A stretch of DNA of 64,000 nt from a virus (lineage: Duplodnaviria; Heunggongvirae; Uroviricota; Caudoviricetes). Made by a program: the position numbers and the translations under genes. Every line of letters starts with the position of its first letter. The stretch's first letter is position 1. The notes beneath the pieces are model-generated. The model ran no database searches. It saw only the letters and a program-made list of their open reading frames with translations, and had not been told where the DNA came from. The stretch is taken from the IMG/VR virus record IMGVR_UViG_3300046500_000231, positions 10,070 to 74,069 of that record; one strand, 5' to 3'. Positions 17,362-26,102 of the stretch are shown one piece after another.

Positions 17362-17597
17362 ACCTCTCCATATCCGGTCGCTTCGTCCTTCTCGGTGTAG
17401 GGTGTGTCGTCAGGGCCGGTCAGGGCGAACTTGAGCCATTCGTGATCGAAGTTCCCGAGAAGCTGACCTGCCTCAATCGGTGCCGGATATTTGCTCTGGA
17501 GCCAGGTTGCCGGCATGGTGTGTTGCTCGTGCGTCTTGGCGATGTGAATGGTGATCCAGGAGTCGGTGACTTCCAAGACCTCTACGTCGATTAGCAT
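17355..17597 (-). CDS. GYGEVW-tail family protein (paralogue 1)
   Basis: Ends ...ATGYGEVW. Confidence 0.5.
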   Translation of the reverse strand: MLIDVEVLEVTDSWITIHIAKTHEQHTMPATWLQSKYPAPIEAGQLLGNFDHEWLKFALTGPDDTPYTEKDEATGYGEVW

Positions 17598-17940
17598 GGG
17601 CCTTTACTCTCTCGTTGCGTTATTCGATTGTCTCGACCGCGGGTTGGAATGTCTGCGGGTATCGTGCGTGGCTCTGAGCGCTTTAGAGACGTTTTGAGCG
17701 GTCGGGGCGTTTTGACGTATGTCGTGTCATCTTGAGCTTGGTGGGGCGCATGCCGCGCTTTCTGATGCGTCCCTGATGCGCTTCGTTCGGTGCGGTCTGC
17801 TGCTTTGTGTGCTGCTCGGGCGGGCTCAGAGTTAGCTTATACTTCTGTCGGAGGACGGCCAATCTATAAGCATGGAAAAAGCCTTATAGATCAATGACTT
17901 AGGAACGTGGTTGCTTGAGGCCTTCCTAGGGCCGGTAACT

Positions 17941-17970
17941 CGACGAAAAGAAGGGGCATGGATGCCCCTT
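17941..17970 (-). terminator. rho-independent terminator (minus strand)
   Basis: AAGGGGCAT/ATGCCCCTT hairpin, then a T-run on the minus strand, just after the stop at 17977. Confidence 0.6.
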
Positions 17971-17976
17971 TGTGCC

Positions 17977-18216
17977 TTACCACGAGCCTGCATCGGCGTA
18001 GGTTGGCGGGATCAGGTCGATCTTGATTTGCGGCTTTACGACGGCCGACCACAAGCTCCAGGCCACGTTGTCGATGAACACAGGACTCTCGTCGGTAGCC
18101 ATCTGACTGCTCACGTAAATTCGCGAGGTGTCCATGTTTGCCGATCGATTGGTGTTCTCCAGCCACACCCGGTAGCCATCCACCATCCCTTCAGCAATTT
18201 CGTCGCATTCGGTCAT
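17977..18216 (-). CDS. hypothetical protein
   Basis: MTECDEIAEGMVDGYRVWLEN... Confidence 0.45.
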   Translation of the reverse strand: MTECDEIAEGMVDGYRVWLENTNRSANMDTSRIYVSSQMATDESPVFIDNVAWSLWSAVVKPQIKIDLIPPTYADAGSW

Positions 18217-18350
18217 GGCGTGTCGGGGTAATCGCAGCAGCCGACGATGATGGCGTCTTGGGCGAACAGCAGGGCTTCGCCCAGTGTGACGTGATGGAAG
18301 AAGTAGCGCGAGCCGTCCGCCCGGATTGCCTTGAACAGATAGATTTTCAT
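18213..18350 (-). CDS. small protein (45 aa, below the track cutoff)
   Basis: MKIYLFKAIRADGSRYFFHHVTLGEALLFAQDAIIVGCCDYPDTP. ATGA overlaps on both ends. Confidence 0.4.
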   Translation of the reverse strand: MKIYLFKAIRADGSRYFFHHVTLGEALLFAQDAIIVGCCDYPDTP

Positions 18351-18622
18351 TCGGGAGTCTCCTCGTTCGCCAGCCACACCCACGCCTGCACCCAGACGCC
18401 ATCGTCGGCGACAGAGGATGCGGCGCCATCATCGATCTCGATGTCGTCATCGCTACCTTGCGCGTATTCCTCACGCGCCCTGTCGATCTCCTCATCGTCG
18501 GCGAAGGTGAGATCCTTGCGGGCCTGCCGGAGCTGGTTCAGGGCGGCGCCGACCTCGCCATCCGTGCCGTTGTCCAGCTTCTCAAGGTAGGCGTCGAGCG
18601 CCTCAACGATTCGCAGGCTCAT
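18347..18622 (-). CDS. acidic hypothetical protein
   Basis: 91-aa ORF. Confidence 0.45.
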   Translation of the reverse strand: MSLRIVEALDAYLEKLDNGTDGEVGAALNQLRQARKDLTFADDEEIDRAREEYAQGSDDDIEIDDGAASSVADDGVWVQAWVWLANEETPE

Positions 18623-18624
18623 GG

Positions 18625-18906
18625 TCAGTTCCTCTCGTCGCCGAAATCCACGTTGAAAACACTCTCGTCCATGTCCTGATAGACGCCGGATTCGACCAGG
18701 CTCAGTCCCGGCGGCGATTCGCCCGGATCCAAAACCATCTGCACGCAGGCGCGCACGTCGATCATCCCTTCGGGTCGCAGCAGGTTGCGGGCGTTGCTCT
18801 CGGTGAGCGGAACCGCCGCGGTCGTTGCGACTTTCATCGCTTGATCGAACAACTTCTCCTCGTCGTCGACCTCGACGTCCATCGTGAACGTGTAGAGCTT
18901 TGCCAT
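18625..18906 (-). CDS. hypothetical protein
   Basis: Strong RBS AAGGAGAAG. Start MAKLYTFTMD. Confidence 0.5.
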   Translation of the reverse strand: MAKLYTFTMDVEVDDEEKLFDQAMKVATTAAVPLTESNARNLLRPEGMIDVRACVQMVLDPGESPPGLSLVESGVYQDMDESVFNVDFGDERN

Positions 18907-18943
18907 TTCTCTCTTCTCCTTCTGTGAATTCTCAGGCCTGGTC

Positions 18944-19050
18944 ACTGGCGGCGGGACTCGAACCCGCAATTACCGGCGGTTTCAGGTTTGATGGCGTCGA
19001 GTTCTGGCGCCTCGCTTACCAACCCCGGAAACCCTAGCCGCCCGCGTCTA
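18944..19050 (-). ncRNA. tRNA-like element (T-arm GCGGGTTCGAGTCCCGC) flanked by 17-bp inverted repeats
   Basis: Canonical T-stem-loop. I could not fold a full cloverleaf by eye. Confidence 0.35.
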
Positions 19051-19148
19051 CCAATTTCGCCACGTCAGTGGCCAGGCCTGAGAACCCACCTATCGGTAGG
19101 TCAGTTTCAGCAAGAAATTGCGGGGTTTACGCAACTTCTTGCCAGGGG

Positions 19149-19628
19149 TTAGTGGGCGCTGCTCGGGCGCTGACGGAACGCCGAGTTCAGCAGATCGGTC
19201 ACTTGCGCTTGGATCTGCTCGGGCGAGCCCTTCAGCACGACGTATCCGCGCGGCAGGACGTTCGGGCCATCGCCCTGCGCCATGTCCTTGAGCTGGGCGA
19301 CGCCGGCCGCATCACGCGGTTCGCTCCAGGAGCGCAGGTATTCGTCCTTCGTCATCGACGGGCGCGCGGCCGCAACTTCTTGCTGCGTCGGTGCGGGATT
19401 GACCGGCTCGGCCGATAGGCGCGCGACTTCGGCGGCGAGAACGCCGGCCGCCAGGTGGCACATTTTGTCCACACCCTCGAACATCATCAGGGCGGAAAGG
19501 CGATCCACGTGCGCCTCGCCCGTCATTGCGGCTTCGAGGGCGAAGCGGGCCGAGACGTCACGCAGTATGCGAAGGCCGGCGGACAATTGGGTGAGTGCGG
19601 GCGCGGTGGATTGTGCGACTTGGTTCAT
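19149..19628 (-). CDS. hypothetical protein
   Basis: 159-aa ORF. Confidence 0.45.
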   Translation of the reverse strand: MNQVAQSTAPALTQLSAGLRILRDVSARFALEAAMTGEAHVDRLSALMMFEGVDKMCHLAAGVLAAEVARLSAEPVNPAPTQQEVAAARPSMTKDEYLRSWSEPRDAAGVAQLKDMAQGDGPNVLPRGYVVLKGSPEQIQAQVTDLLNSAFRQRPSSAH

Positions 19629-19734
19629 GTGTGTGTTGCTCCTTACGTTGTGCGCTTCGTTGCGCGTGTTGTTTCGATGTATGTATTGTCTCGACCGGTG
19701 CGCGGGGTTTGTGCGCTCCCGGTGCGATACCCGG

Positions 19735-20100
19735 TTACTTGCCCGCGCTCGGTAGCGGCCACCCGAACACGAACTGATCGAAGCGGTTCGAGAGGGTGTG
19801 GGTCACGCGAAAGCGCTCCCCTGCGAACGGCCCGCGCATCGCGCGAACCTCCTGCCCGACCTTGATCGACGCAAACCCTTCGGCCAACTCCCAGTGCCAC
19901 AGGCGGGTGCCGAGTTCTCCCGTCGCCGGCGCGGCCGCGCGGTCGTGTTCTTGGCGCATCACCTGCATTTCGTCGTTGTATCCCTTGATGAATGCTTTCT
20001 GCCGCCAACCCTGGCCCTTCCAAAACTCACGGAAGCCGGGCGACTTGTCGGCGCGCGCCAAAGCGCGCCCTTCGGCTTCGTAGTGCGCCTTGTTCCTCAC
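19735..20100 (-). CDS. hypothetical protein
   Basis: GTG start overlapping the upstream stop (GTGA). Confidence 0.4.
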   Translation of the reverse strand: MRNKAHYEAEGRALARADKSPGFREFWKGQGWRQKAFIKGYNDEMQVMRQEHDRAAAPATGELGTRLWHWELAEGFASIKVGQEVRAMRGPFAGERFRVTHTLSNRFDQFVFGWPLPSAGK

Positions 20101-20399
20101 TCGACGCTCCCGGCGGTGAACACCCACCAGTTGCCTTCTTCCTTCACCGTGCCGTAGGCCACTGCGTCCTGCATGTTGGTGAAGGGGCCGATTACCTCGA
20201 AGCCTTCGAGGATCGGGTCGCCGCGGACCAAGAAGGTGTGGCCGTCGGGATCTTGAATGCCACCTTCCGGCACCATGACGGGAACGAATTCGGTATCGGT
20301 CCACTCATCCTCTGCATCCATACTGGCTTGCGTCAGTGGCCCGGTGAATTGGAACCCCGTCGTGAAGCGGCCTCGCACGGCCACAAAAAGCTGTTTCAT
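20097..20399 (-). CDS. hypothetical protein (MKQL family)
   Basis: MKQLFVAVRG... Confidence 0.45.
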   Translation of the reverse strand: MKQLFVAVRGRFTTGFQFTGPLTQASMDAEDEWTDTEFVPVMVPEGGIQDPDGHTFLVRGDPILEGFEVIGPFTNMQDAVAYGTVKEEGNWWVFTAGSVE

Positions 20400-20650
20400 T
20401 CGCCGCACTCCTCGTCGCGCACTTCGCACTCGCACTTCGGCCATTCTTCGCCATCCTCGTCCACGACGACCATCGTGCGCTCGCCATTGGAGAACGTCTC
20501 ACGCGTCTCCTGGCTGTCCCAGTCGACCTCGCTGCCGCCGGCGTAGATCGGCTCGCCGTCTTCTTCCCAACCCTCGACGCCGGCAACCGCCTTCACGGTG
20601 TCGGCCGTGCCCGTGATCTTCTTGCCATTGGGCGCGTAAAGCTGTTTCAT
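20396..20650 (-). CDS. hypothetical protein (MKQL family)
   Basis: MKQLYAPNGK... Cys pairs near the C-terminus. Confidence 0.45.
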   Translation of the reverse strand: MKQLYAPNGKKITGTADTVKAVAGVEGWEEDGEPIYAGGSEVDWDSQETRETFSNGERTMVVVDEDGEEWPKCECEVRDEECGE

Positions 20651-20662
20651 GCGTCGCTCCTG

Positions 20663-21058
20663 TCAGTAGATGCAGCCGTGATACTCGTCGACCAACTCGC
20701 CCTTCTGCTTTTTGATGTAGACCATTGCCGACACGATCGAGTCGAATCCGCCTGCGGGAATGTGCATGGCGCGGTCGTTGTCCCAACTTCCGATGGTGAT
20801 GTAGCACTCGTCGCGGGCTACGCCATCCAGCTTGGTCCGCGCGTCCAACTCGTCCTTGAGGCCCGCCGCTTCCCACTCCGCGATCACGGCGGCGGGAATC
20901 TTTTCGTAGAAGCCCGATTCGCCTGCGGCTTCGTTGGCCGGCCAGTCGGAATTGATCCAGTCGAACGTGGCCTTGCCCACGACGTAGATCATGGTGTCGC
21001 CACCGCCCTCGAGGTTGATGAGGTAGAGCGGGGTCTTTGGTTTCGCAGTTTTCGGCAT
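20663..21058 (-). CDS. hypothetical protein
   Basis: Start MPKTAKPKTPLYLINLEGGGD. Confidence 0.45.
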   Translation of the reverse strand: MPKTAKPKTPLYLINLEGGGDTMIYVVGKATFDWINSDWPANEAAGESGFYEKIPAAVIAEWEAAGLKDELDARTKLDGVARDECYITIGSWDNDRAMHIPAGGFDSIVSAMVYIKKQKGELVDEYHGCIY

Positions 21059-21068
21059 TGCCTGCTCC

Positions 21069-21341
21069 TTACCAGTCGTATTGCGGGAGTTCGTCGATGG
21101 CGTCGCCATCACAGTCGAGGCGAACCCATTCGGCGCCCTGCTCGCGCACCCATGCAAAGATGGCCTTGAGGCTCTCGGGCGTGTCGGGTTCCGGCTCCGA
21201 CTGCGCGTAGAGGAAGAAGCCCTCCAGGTAGGAAGCGCAGCTTGTCCAGGGGTTGTTGTCGCCCAGATCCTCGAGCTGCTTGGCGACTGCTGCGGACAGG
21301 TGGCCGGTGGATATCACCGGCACTTTGTCGATGCGTGGCAT
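21069..21341 (-). CDS. hypothetical protein
   Basis: Start MPRIDKVPVISTGH. Confidence 0.45.
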   Translation of the reverse strand: MPRIDKVPVISTGHLSAAVAKQLEDLGDNNPWTSCASYLEGFFLYAQSEPEPDTPESLKAIFAWVREQGAEWVRLDCDGDAIDELPQYDW

Positions 21342-21351
21342 TCTCTTCTCC

Positions 21352-21609
21352 TCAGATGAGCGCGAGGACTTCGCGCTTGAATTCGTTGTGTGCAGCCTCG
21401 TAGGCGGCAAACCCGGCGCCGAACTCCACCTCCTGCCAGTCAGTCGGCTCCTGATCGCTGCCGTCATACTCCATGCCGTAGGGCATGAGGAATGTCAGCA
21501 CCGAGTAGGACACCGGGCCGGTAGGCCAATCCGTCTGATGGGACATCAGGCGCACGGTCTTGCGATCGAGCGTCAAGCTACGGAATTCTTTGGCAATGAG
21601 CGTGGTCAT
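21352..21609 (-). CDS. hypothetical protein
   Basis: 85-aa ORF, motif 75 bp upstream. Confidence 0.45.
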   Translation of the reverse strand: MTTLIAKEFRSLTLDRKTVRLMSHQTDWPTGPVSYSVLTFLMPYGMEYDGSDQEPTDWQEVEFGAGFAAYEAAHNEFKREVLALI

Positions 21610-21682
21610 TTCGGTCGCTTTCGCTGTTGTTTTCGACAGAGAAAGTATCTCGCAACGATGCAGGAATGTATGCGGCTATATT

Positions 21683-21699
21683 ATTCAGTTTTGACTGTT
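21683..21699. promoter_or_regulatory. motif copy (ATTCAGTTTTGACTGTT)
   Basis: Intergenic, upstream of the minus-strand gene at 21609. Confidence 0.55.
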
Positions 21700-21889
21700 T
21701 GTGCAAGCGCCAAGGCGCAGCGCTGTGAGCACAAAACAACACGTTTTAGGGGAAATTACGCGAGCGATTTTGAGCGCTGGTGTGCGGTAGGTTTGCGTGC
21801 GCTCGTGTGTCGATACTGACTGTTTTTCCGACCGAAGGCCTCGCACTGCCCTAGGCGTCTTCTAACACCGCCCGAAGGCGGTGGGGCGA

Positions 21890-22135
21890 TCAGAAGTTGC
21901 GTTCGTGATAGCAGGCCGACTTCCACGCGTCTTCCTCGCTATCGCTCACGTCGCCATCCTGAAACTCGTCCGAGTCTTTCATCATCCAGCGGAACGAACC
22001 CGACCACCAACCCTCGCCCCAGACTGCGTGCATATCCTCGATGTAGTAACCCTTTGCGGTCAGTTCGGCTTTGCGTTCGGCTGTAATCATGGCTTCGGTT
22101 CCGGTTCGTTGCTGCGTCATTCGCAGTAGAGACAT
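21890..22135 (-). CDS. hypothetical protein
   Basis: Trp-rich small ORF. Start uncertain (22135 or 22087). Confidence 0.35.
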   Translation of the reverse strand: MSLLRMTQQRTGTEAMITAERKAELTAKGYYIEDMHAVWGEGWWSGSFRWMMKDSDEFQDGDVSDSEEDAWKSACYHERNF

Positions 22136-22301
22136 TTTCGCAACCGGTTCGAGGACATACTGTGGCTATCGACGAGCACCTAGCCTCTCGCCTAGGGCGG
22201 CGCGGGGCGAAAAAAGAGGCGCCACCTGGGCGCCCCGAAAATACAACACACACTAGTCGGAGCTAGACTTTAGGCGCCGCTCCGGGAACGCCGATTCGAT
22301 T

Positions 22302-22655
22302 CTACCAACCACCACCGGGGGTGACAGGCGTGTCCTTGAACCCGAGTCGCTTCTTCTCGGCCTGATACTCCTCGTCGGACTTCAGGAGACTCGGGGCAAC
22401 GCGCCAAGTGTTGCGCATCCGATCGCCCTTCGCGTCCACCTGCGTGCAGTTGATGCTCTTGGCGTTGATCTTGTCGATCACGACATGCACGAGTTGGCCG
22501 TATTTCGACACGAACATCGCCCGCTGCCCGATGCGGAACTTCGATCCGGCCGCCACCTGCGTTTGCGTCTGACGGTGGCGAAGAATGCTGACGATGGCGT
22601 TGTTCATGTCGCGCAGCGTGTCGGTGGAGAGTGCGTTCAGTTTCGAGAGGTCCAT
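22302..22655 (-). CDS. hypothetical protein
   Basis: Start MDLSKLNALSTD. Confidence 0.45.
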   Translation of the reverse strand: MDLSKLNALSTDTLRDMNNAIVSILRHRQTQTQVAAGSKFRIGQRAMFVSKYGQLVHVVIDKINAKSINCTQVDAKGDRMRNTWRVAPSLLKSDEEYQAEKKRLGFKDTPVTPGGGW

Positions 22656-22748
22656 GTCCAAGTCCTGAATGAATGTGGTGGTCAATCTGGAAAGCGCACG
22701 CACGGGTGCGCTTTGCGGATTGGAGGGGCGCGAAGCCCCTCGCCCGAG

Positions 22749-23639
22749 TTACAGACCGAGTTCCGCCTTCGCCTTCGCGAGAATCAGCGAGTCGGGGTTC
22801 GCGACCATCTTGCCGCGCTCCTTCACCGTGACTTTCAGCGCAGGCAGCAGCATGAACATCTGGTTGGCTTGCGAGGCGGCGGTGCCCTTCGAATACGGCT
22901 TGGAGAGCAGGTTCTGTTGCAGGTTGCCCTTCTCGCCCGACGTCAACTCCCCGTCCTTCGCCAGCACCTCGAACGTGCGACGCATCACTTCGTTGAGCGC
23001 ACCGCCGTTCTTGAGCCAACCGAACAGCATGGTTGCTTTCTCGCCCACTTTCTTCGCCAGGCTGTCGATCTCGGCGAGCACCTTCTCCTGCTTCGCCTTG
23101 AGCGCTTCCTCGTCCAGCTCCGCGTCTGCGATTTCGAGCAGGAGGAACTCGCTCGCTTTCTCACCGAGCTTGGCGACGACTTTTTGCGACTTGGACAGCG
23201 GCGGCCCCTGACGCACCGTTGCGCGCGGTTTGCCCTTCGCCTTCTCGACACCCTCGACCGACTCGTCCGCAGGCTTGTCGGCGTCGCTCACCGGACCCGC
23301 TGCCGTGCCCGCTTCCGCATACGCTGCTTGCGTCGCGTCGATGATGGCGGCGTCGGCAGCGACTTCATCCAGCAGCGCGTCGTCGTGCGACTCGACAGCG
23401 GAGGTGTCGGGCTCGATGATCGGCGTCTCACCGGCGACCGCAGCTTCGACTTCGGGCTCGATGGCGGCTTCGAGGATCTCGTCGACTTCGGGCTCGACCG
23501 CGGCGAGTGCGGGAGCGTGACCGATCGGGTCTTCGAGGACTTCATCGGGCAACGCGCCCGTGCCGCCGAGTTCTGCGAGGAGCTCGCCCAGCAGCGCGTT
23601 TTCGTCAACCGTGTTCGTGTTCAGTGCGATGTTTTCCAT
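22749..23639 (-). CDS. acidic hypothetical protein
   Basis: Start MENIALNTNT, motif ~80 bp upstream. Confidence 0.45.
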   Translation of the reverse strand: MENIALNTNTVDENALLGELLAELGGTGALPDEVLEDPIGHAPALAAVEPEVDEILEAAIEPEVEAAVAGETPIIEPDTSAVESHDDALLDEVAADAAIIDATQAAYAEAGTAAGPVSDADKPADESVEGVEKAKGKPRATVRQGPPLSKSQKVVAKLGEKASEFLLLEIADAELDEEALKAKQEKVLAEIDSLAKKVGEKATMLFGWLKNGGALNEVMRRTFEVLAKDGELTSGEKGNLQQNLLSKPYSKGTAASQANQMFMLLPALKVTVKERGKMVANPDSLILAKAKAELGL

Positions 23640-23722
23640 GATTCGTTTTCTCCGAAAGTTGATTTGTGTGTATCGCGTCGCTTTCATGCTGTATCGCGTG
23701 TTTCGCTGCGATGTATGAATAT

Positions 23723-23738
23723 TAAGTTCTGACTATTG
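23723..23738. promoter_or_regulatory. weak motif variant (TTAAGTTCTGACTATT)
   Basis: Upstream of the gene starting at 23639. Confidence 0.35.
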
Positions 23739-24109
23739 GGTTGTCTGTGGGCATCGGCATGGGCGTATCAGGGAGAAAACCGCGCTATTTACATGTGTGA
23801 TGCGCACGCGAATACCACGTGGCGCCAGGGCTGTCTGCGGGTATCGGCAAGGGTGTAGGCGTGGGGCTGGGCGCGGCGCCGGGCGTTGGTAATACGCCGT
23901 ATTGCGTGGGATTCTTGGCTGGGCGCGGCCGCGCCTGGAGAGGCCTAGGGATTGGACCTAGGGCGAACGCCTAGGCCTGTGGCTTGGACGCGCGCTGGGA
24001 GTGGACTGGAGATGGCTTGGAATGTGGCTCGGGCGAGCCTCGGCGCAACGCCATAAAGGAAAACGCCCGCACACGTGAAAAACTCCAACACGTGTCGGGC
24101 GCGGCTCCC

Positions 24110-24283
24110 GTTTCAGACGGTCGAATTGAGCCTTGCGACTATGCGAGCGGCGATCTTGAGCGCTTCCGTGCGTGTCATGTCGGGATGATCGGCCTGCAGA
24201 TCGTTCGCCATGCGCGCCTCTTCCTGAATACGCTCGTCGCGCTCTCGGTCGAGGCGGTTCGTGAACGTGTCCTGAATCACCAC
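24110..24283 (-). CDS. small protein (57 aa, below the track cutoff)
   Basis: GTG start in a GTGA overlap. VIQDTFTNRLDRERDERIQEEARMANDLQ... Confidence 0.3.
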
Positions 24284-24738
24284 GCTCCCACCTCGTCGTC
24301 GGTGTCGGTCGTCGGCTTGTTCGGATCAGGAGGCTTGGGTGGCTCGACCGGCTTCAGGGTGTTGCCAACCTCAACCAGCACCTCCTCGCCCGTCTCGAGA
24401 TCCACCTCCAGCTCGCTCTCGGTCCACTTGGCGATGAACGTGGTGTAGAAATCCACCGCCGCGCGCTCGTTGCAGAACGTCTTGCCGTCGTCCACCGGGT
24501 CAGCGCGCAACGTGCCGTCGCTCGCGTAGTTGTGGACCATCAGCATGAAAAGCGGCCACGTGTCGGGGAAGCTCGCGTGCGGGTTCGGCACGCGCCCCAT
24601 CCATTCGAGGATCACCCGCACCTTGCCGTTGTCGAACTGCTTGACGAGGGCGTAGCTCTCGTCTTGCCGATACGTCTTCCACTGCGCGAGCGGGATTGAA
24701 TTGCCGTCGCGGTCGAAATAGCCGATCTTGACTGCCAT
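24277..24738 (-). CDS. hypothetical protein
   Basis: Start MAVKIGYFDRDG. Confidence 0.45.
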   Translation of the reverse strand: MAVKIGYFDRDGNSIPLAQWKTYRQDESYALVKQFDNGKVRVILEWMGRVPNPHASFPDTWPLFMLMVHNYASDGTLRADPVDDGKTFCNERAAVDFYTTFIAKWTESELEVDLETGEEVLVEVGNTLKPVEPPKPPDPNKPTTDTDDEVGAW

Positions 24739-24739
24739 G

Positions 24740-25027
24740 TCATTGCTCCTTTTCGTAAGCGGCGAGCTTGGCTTGGAGCTCGCCGATGAGTTCGTAGGCC
24801 TGCACGCGCTCAATCGGCATGTCAGGGCGTTCTTTCAGAATCCGGGCCCGCTCGACCTCGCGTGCGTGGTTGGCCTTCCAGTGCGTGACTTCGGCCTGCA
24901 GCGCGATGATTTCGTCCATTGCCGTTGCCAGCAGGCGGCGTGAACTGTCCTCGAGCCCTTCTCGGCCGATGCGGCTAATGATCTGACGCACTAGTTCGTC
25001 CTGACGCGTCTCTCCCTTCTTGGTCAT
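24740..25027 (-). CDS. hypothetical protein
   Basis: Start MTKKGETRQDE. Confidence 0.45.
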   Translation of the reverse strand: MTKKGETRQDELVRQIISRIGREGLEDSSRRLLATAMDEIIALQAEVTHWKANHAREVERARILKERPDMPIERVQAYELIGELQAKLAAYEKEQ

Positions 25028-25356
25028 ACCTTCTCCTCGAATCCAGTGGGATAGCGCCGGGCCAGCCACTCGTTGTATTCCTGGTGTTCCTTCCAGCCAA
25101 GCCACCCTTGCCGGTAGCCGCGCTCGATGCACCAGTCCCGAAGCGTGTGCGCATTCCAGGCAAGAAAGCCCGCCAGTGGCGCGCTCGGGTGTCTCTTGCG
25201 GTCACGCGCCATCATGTCGGCCGGGGTGGTTGCCCCGTGCGCCACGCAGTAAGCGACGTAGCGTGGCTGGTGGTAGCGCCAGGGGTTCGGCGCGTTGCGG
25301 CCGATCTTGGGCGTCGCCGGCGTCGTGGGCTTCGGGCGGTGCAGGTAAAACGTCAC
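25024..25356 (-). CDS. hypothetical protein
   Basis: 110-aa ORF. Confidence 0.4.
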   Translation of the reverse strand: MTFYLHRPKPTTPATPKIGRNAPNPWRYHQPRYVAYCVAHGATTPADMMARDRKRHPSAPLAGFLAWNAHTLRDWCIERGYRQGWLGWKEHQEYNEWLARRYPTGFEEKV

Positions 25357-25601
25357 TTCGGGTCTTCCTCTGGCCGCGTTCGCTCGATCACCGCCACGCG
25401 AAGCGTCTGCCGGTAATAGCCAAGCGGGAGCTTGCCGATCAGATCCTCGACCGCGGGGATTGGCGCCGTCTGGGCGGCGCTGAGCACCGGGTCCATGATC
25501 TTGTCCATCTTCGCGTAGAGCGCCGGCTGGTCGGCCGCCGGCACCTTGAGGGTCTGCGCGGTCAGGTCGTGCAGGGTTTTAAGCTGCGAGGCGTTGAGCA
25601 T
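25353..25601 (-). CDS. hypothetical protein
   Basis: 82-aa ORF. Confidence 0.4.
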   Translation of the reverse strand: MLNASQLKTLHDLTAQTLKVPAADQPALYAKMDKIMDPVLSAAQTAPIPAVEDLIGKLPLGYYRQTLRVAVIERTRPEEDPK

Positions 25602-25815
25602 CGACGATCTCCTTCATGAGCCGCACCGCCTCGTCAAAGGACGGCGCTTCGGTTTTGTGGGGTCCGAGCACGACTTCGAAGAAGCGGCCCTTGCAGGTGT
25701 GGCGAATCTGGCGCTCCTCCACCGCGTCGGCATACCAGCGCCAGAGCTCGGCGTCGGCCTTGTTGGCGTTGGCGCGTGCGGTGAGGCGAATTGTGTCGAG
25801 GTGGGTGGCGTTCAC
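25579..25815 (-). CDS. hypothetical protein
   Basis: 78-aa ORF. Confidence 0.4.
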   Translation of the reverse strand: MNATHLDTIRLTARANANKADAELWRWYADAVEERQIRHTCKGRFFEVVLGPHKTEAPSFDEAVRLMKEIVDAQRLAA

Positions 25816-26102
25816 CAGATCACCTCCGCGGTTTCGACGGCATCAGCCTCGACGTAGACCTTGCGGTCGGTGGGTTGGTAGTGCTCGGATGGGCCGGCAA
25901 AGGCCTTGTGATACGTCACCTTCTCCCACACCTGCAGAACCACAACGAGTCCGTCGACCCGCTCCACTGCGCCGTGAATCTCCTGACCCGAGCGCGTGAC
26001 GATGTGGAGCGTGTAGGCGTTACCGTCGTCCCGTGAGGCGTGCTCGGCGTCTGCGATGGCGTAACGAAGCGCGCTCATTGGCCGCTCACCGGGAAGTGCC
26101 AC
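25812..26102 (-). CDS. hypothetical protein
   Basis: 96-aa ORF. Confidence 0.4.
   Translation of the reverse strand: MALPGERPMSALRYAIADAEHASRDDGNAYTLHIVTRSGQEIHGAVERVDGLVVVLQVWEKVTYHKAFAGPSEHYQPTDRKVYVEADAVETAEVIW

Noticed and set aside
18944-19050. Calling a complete tRNA gene
   Set aside because: Only the T-arm and 3' acceptor-like strand are convincing. I could not pair a 5' acceptor strand or anticodon arm by eye, so it is reported as tRNA-like rather than tRNA.
22485-23732. 415-aa plus-strand ORF
   Set aside because: Antisense to two minus-strand genes with proper RBS and coupling. Low-complexity Arg/Leu-rich translation.
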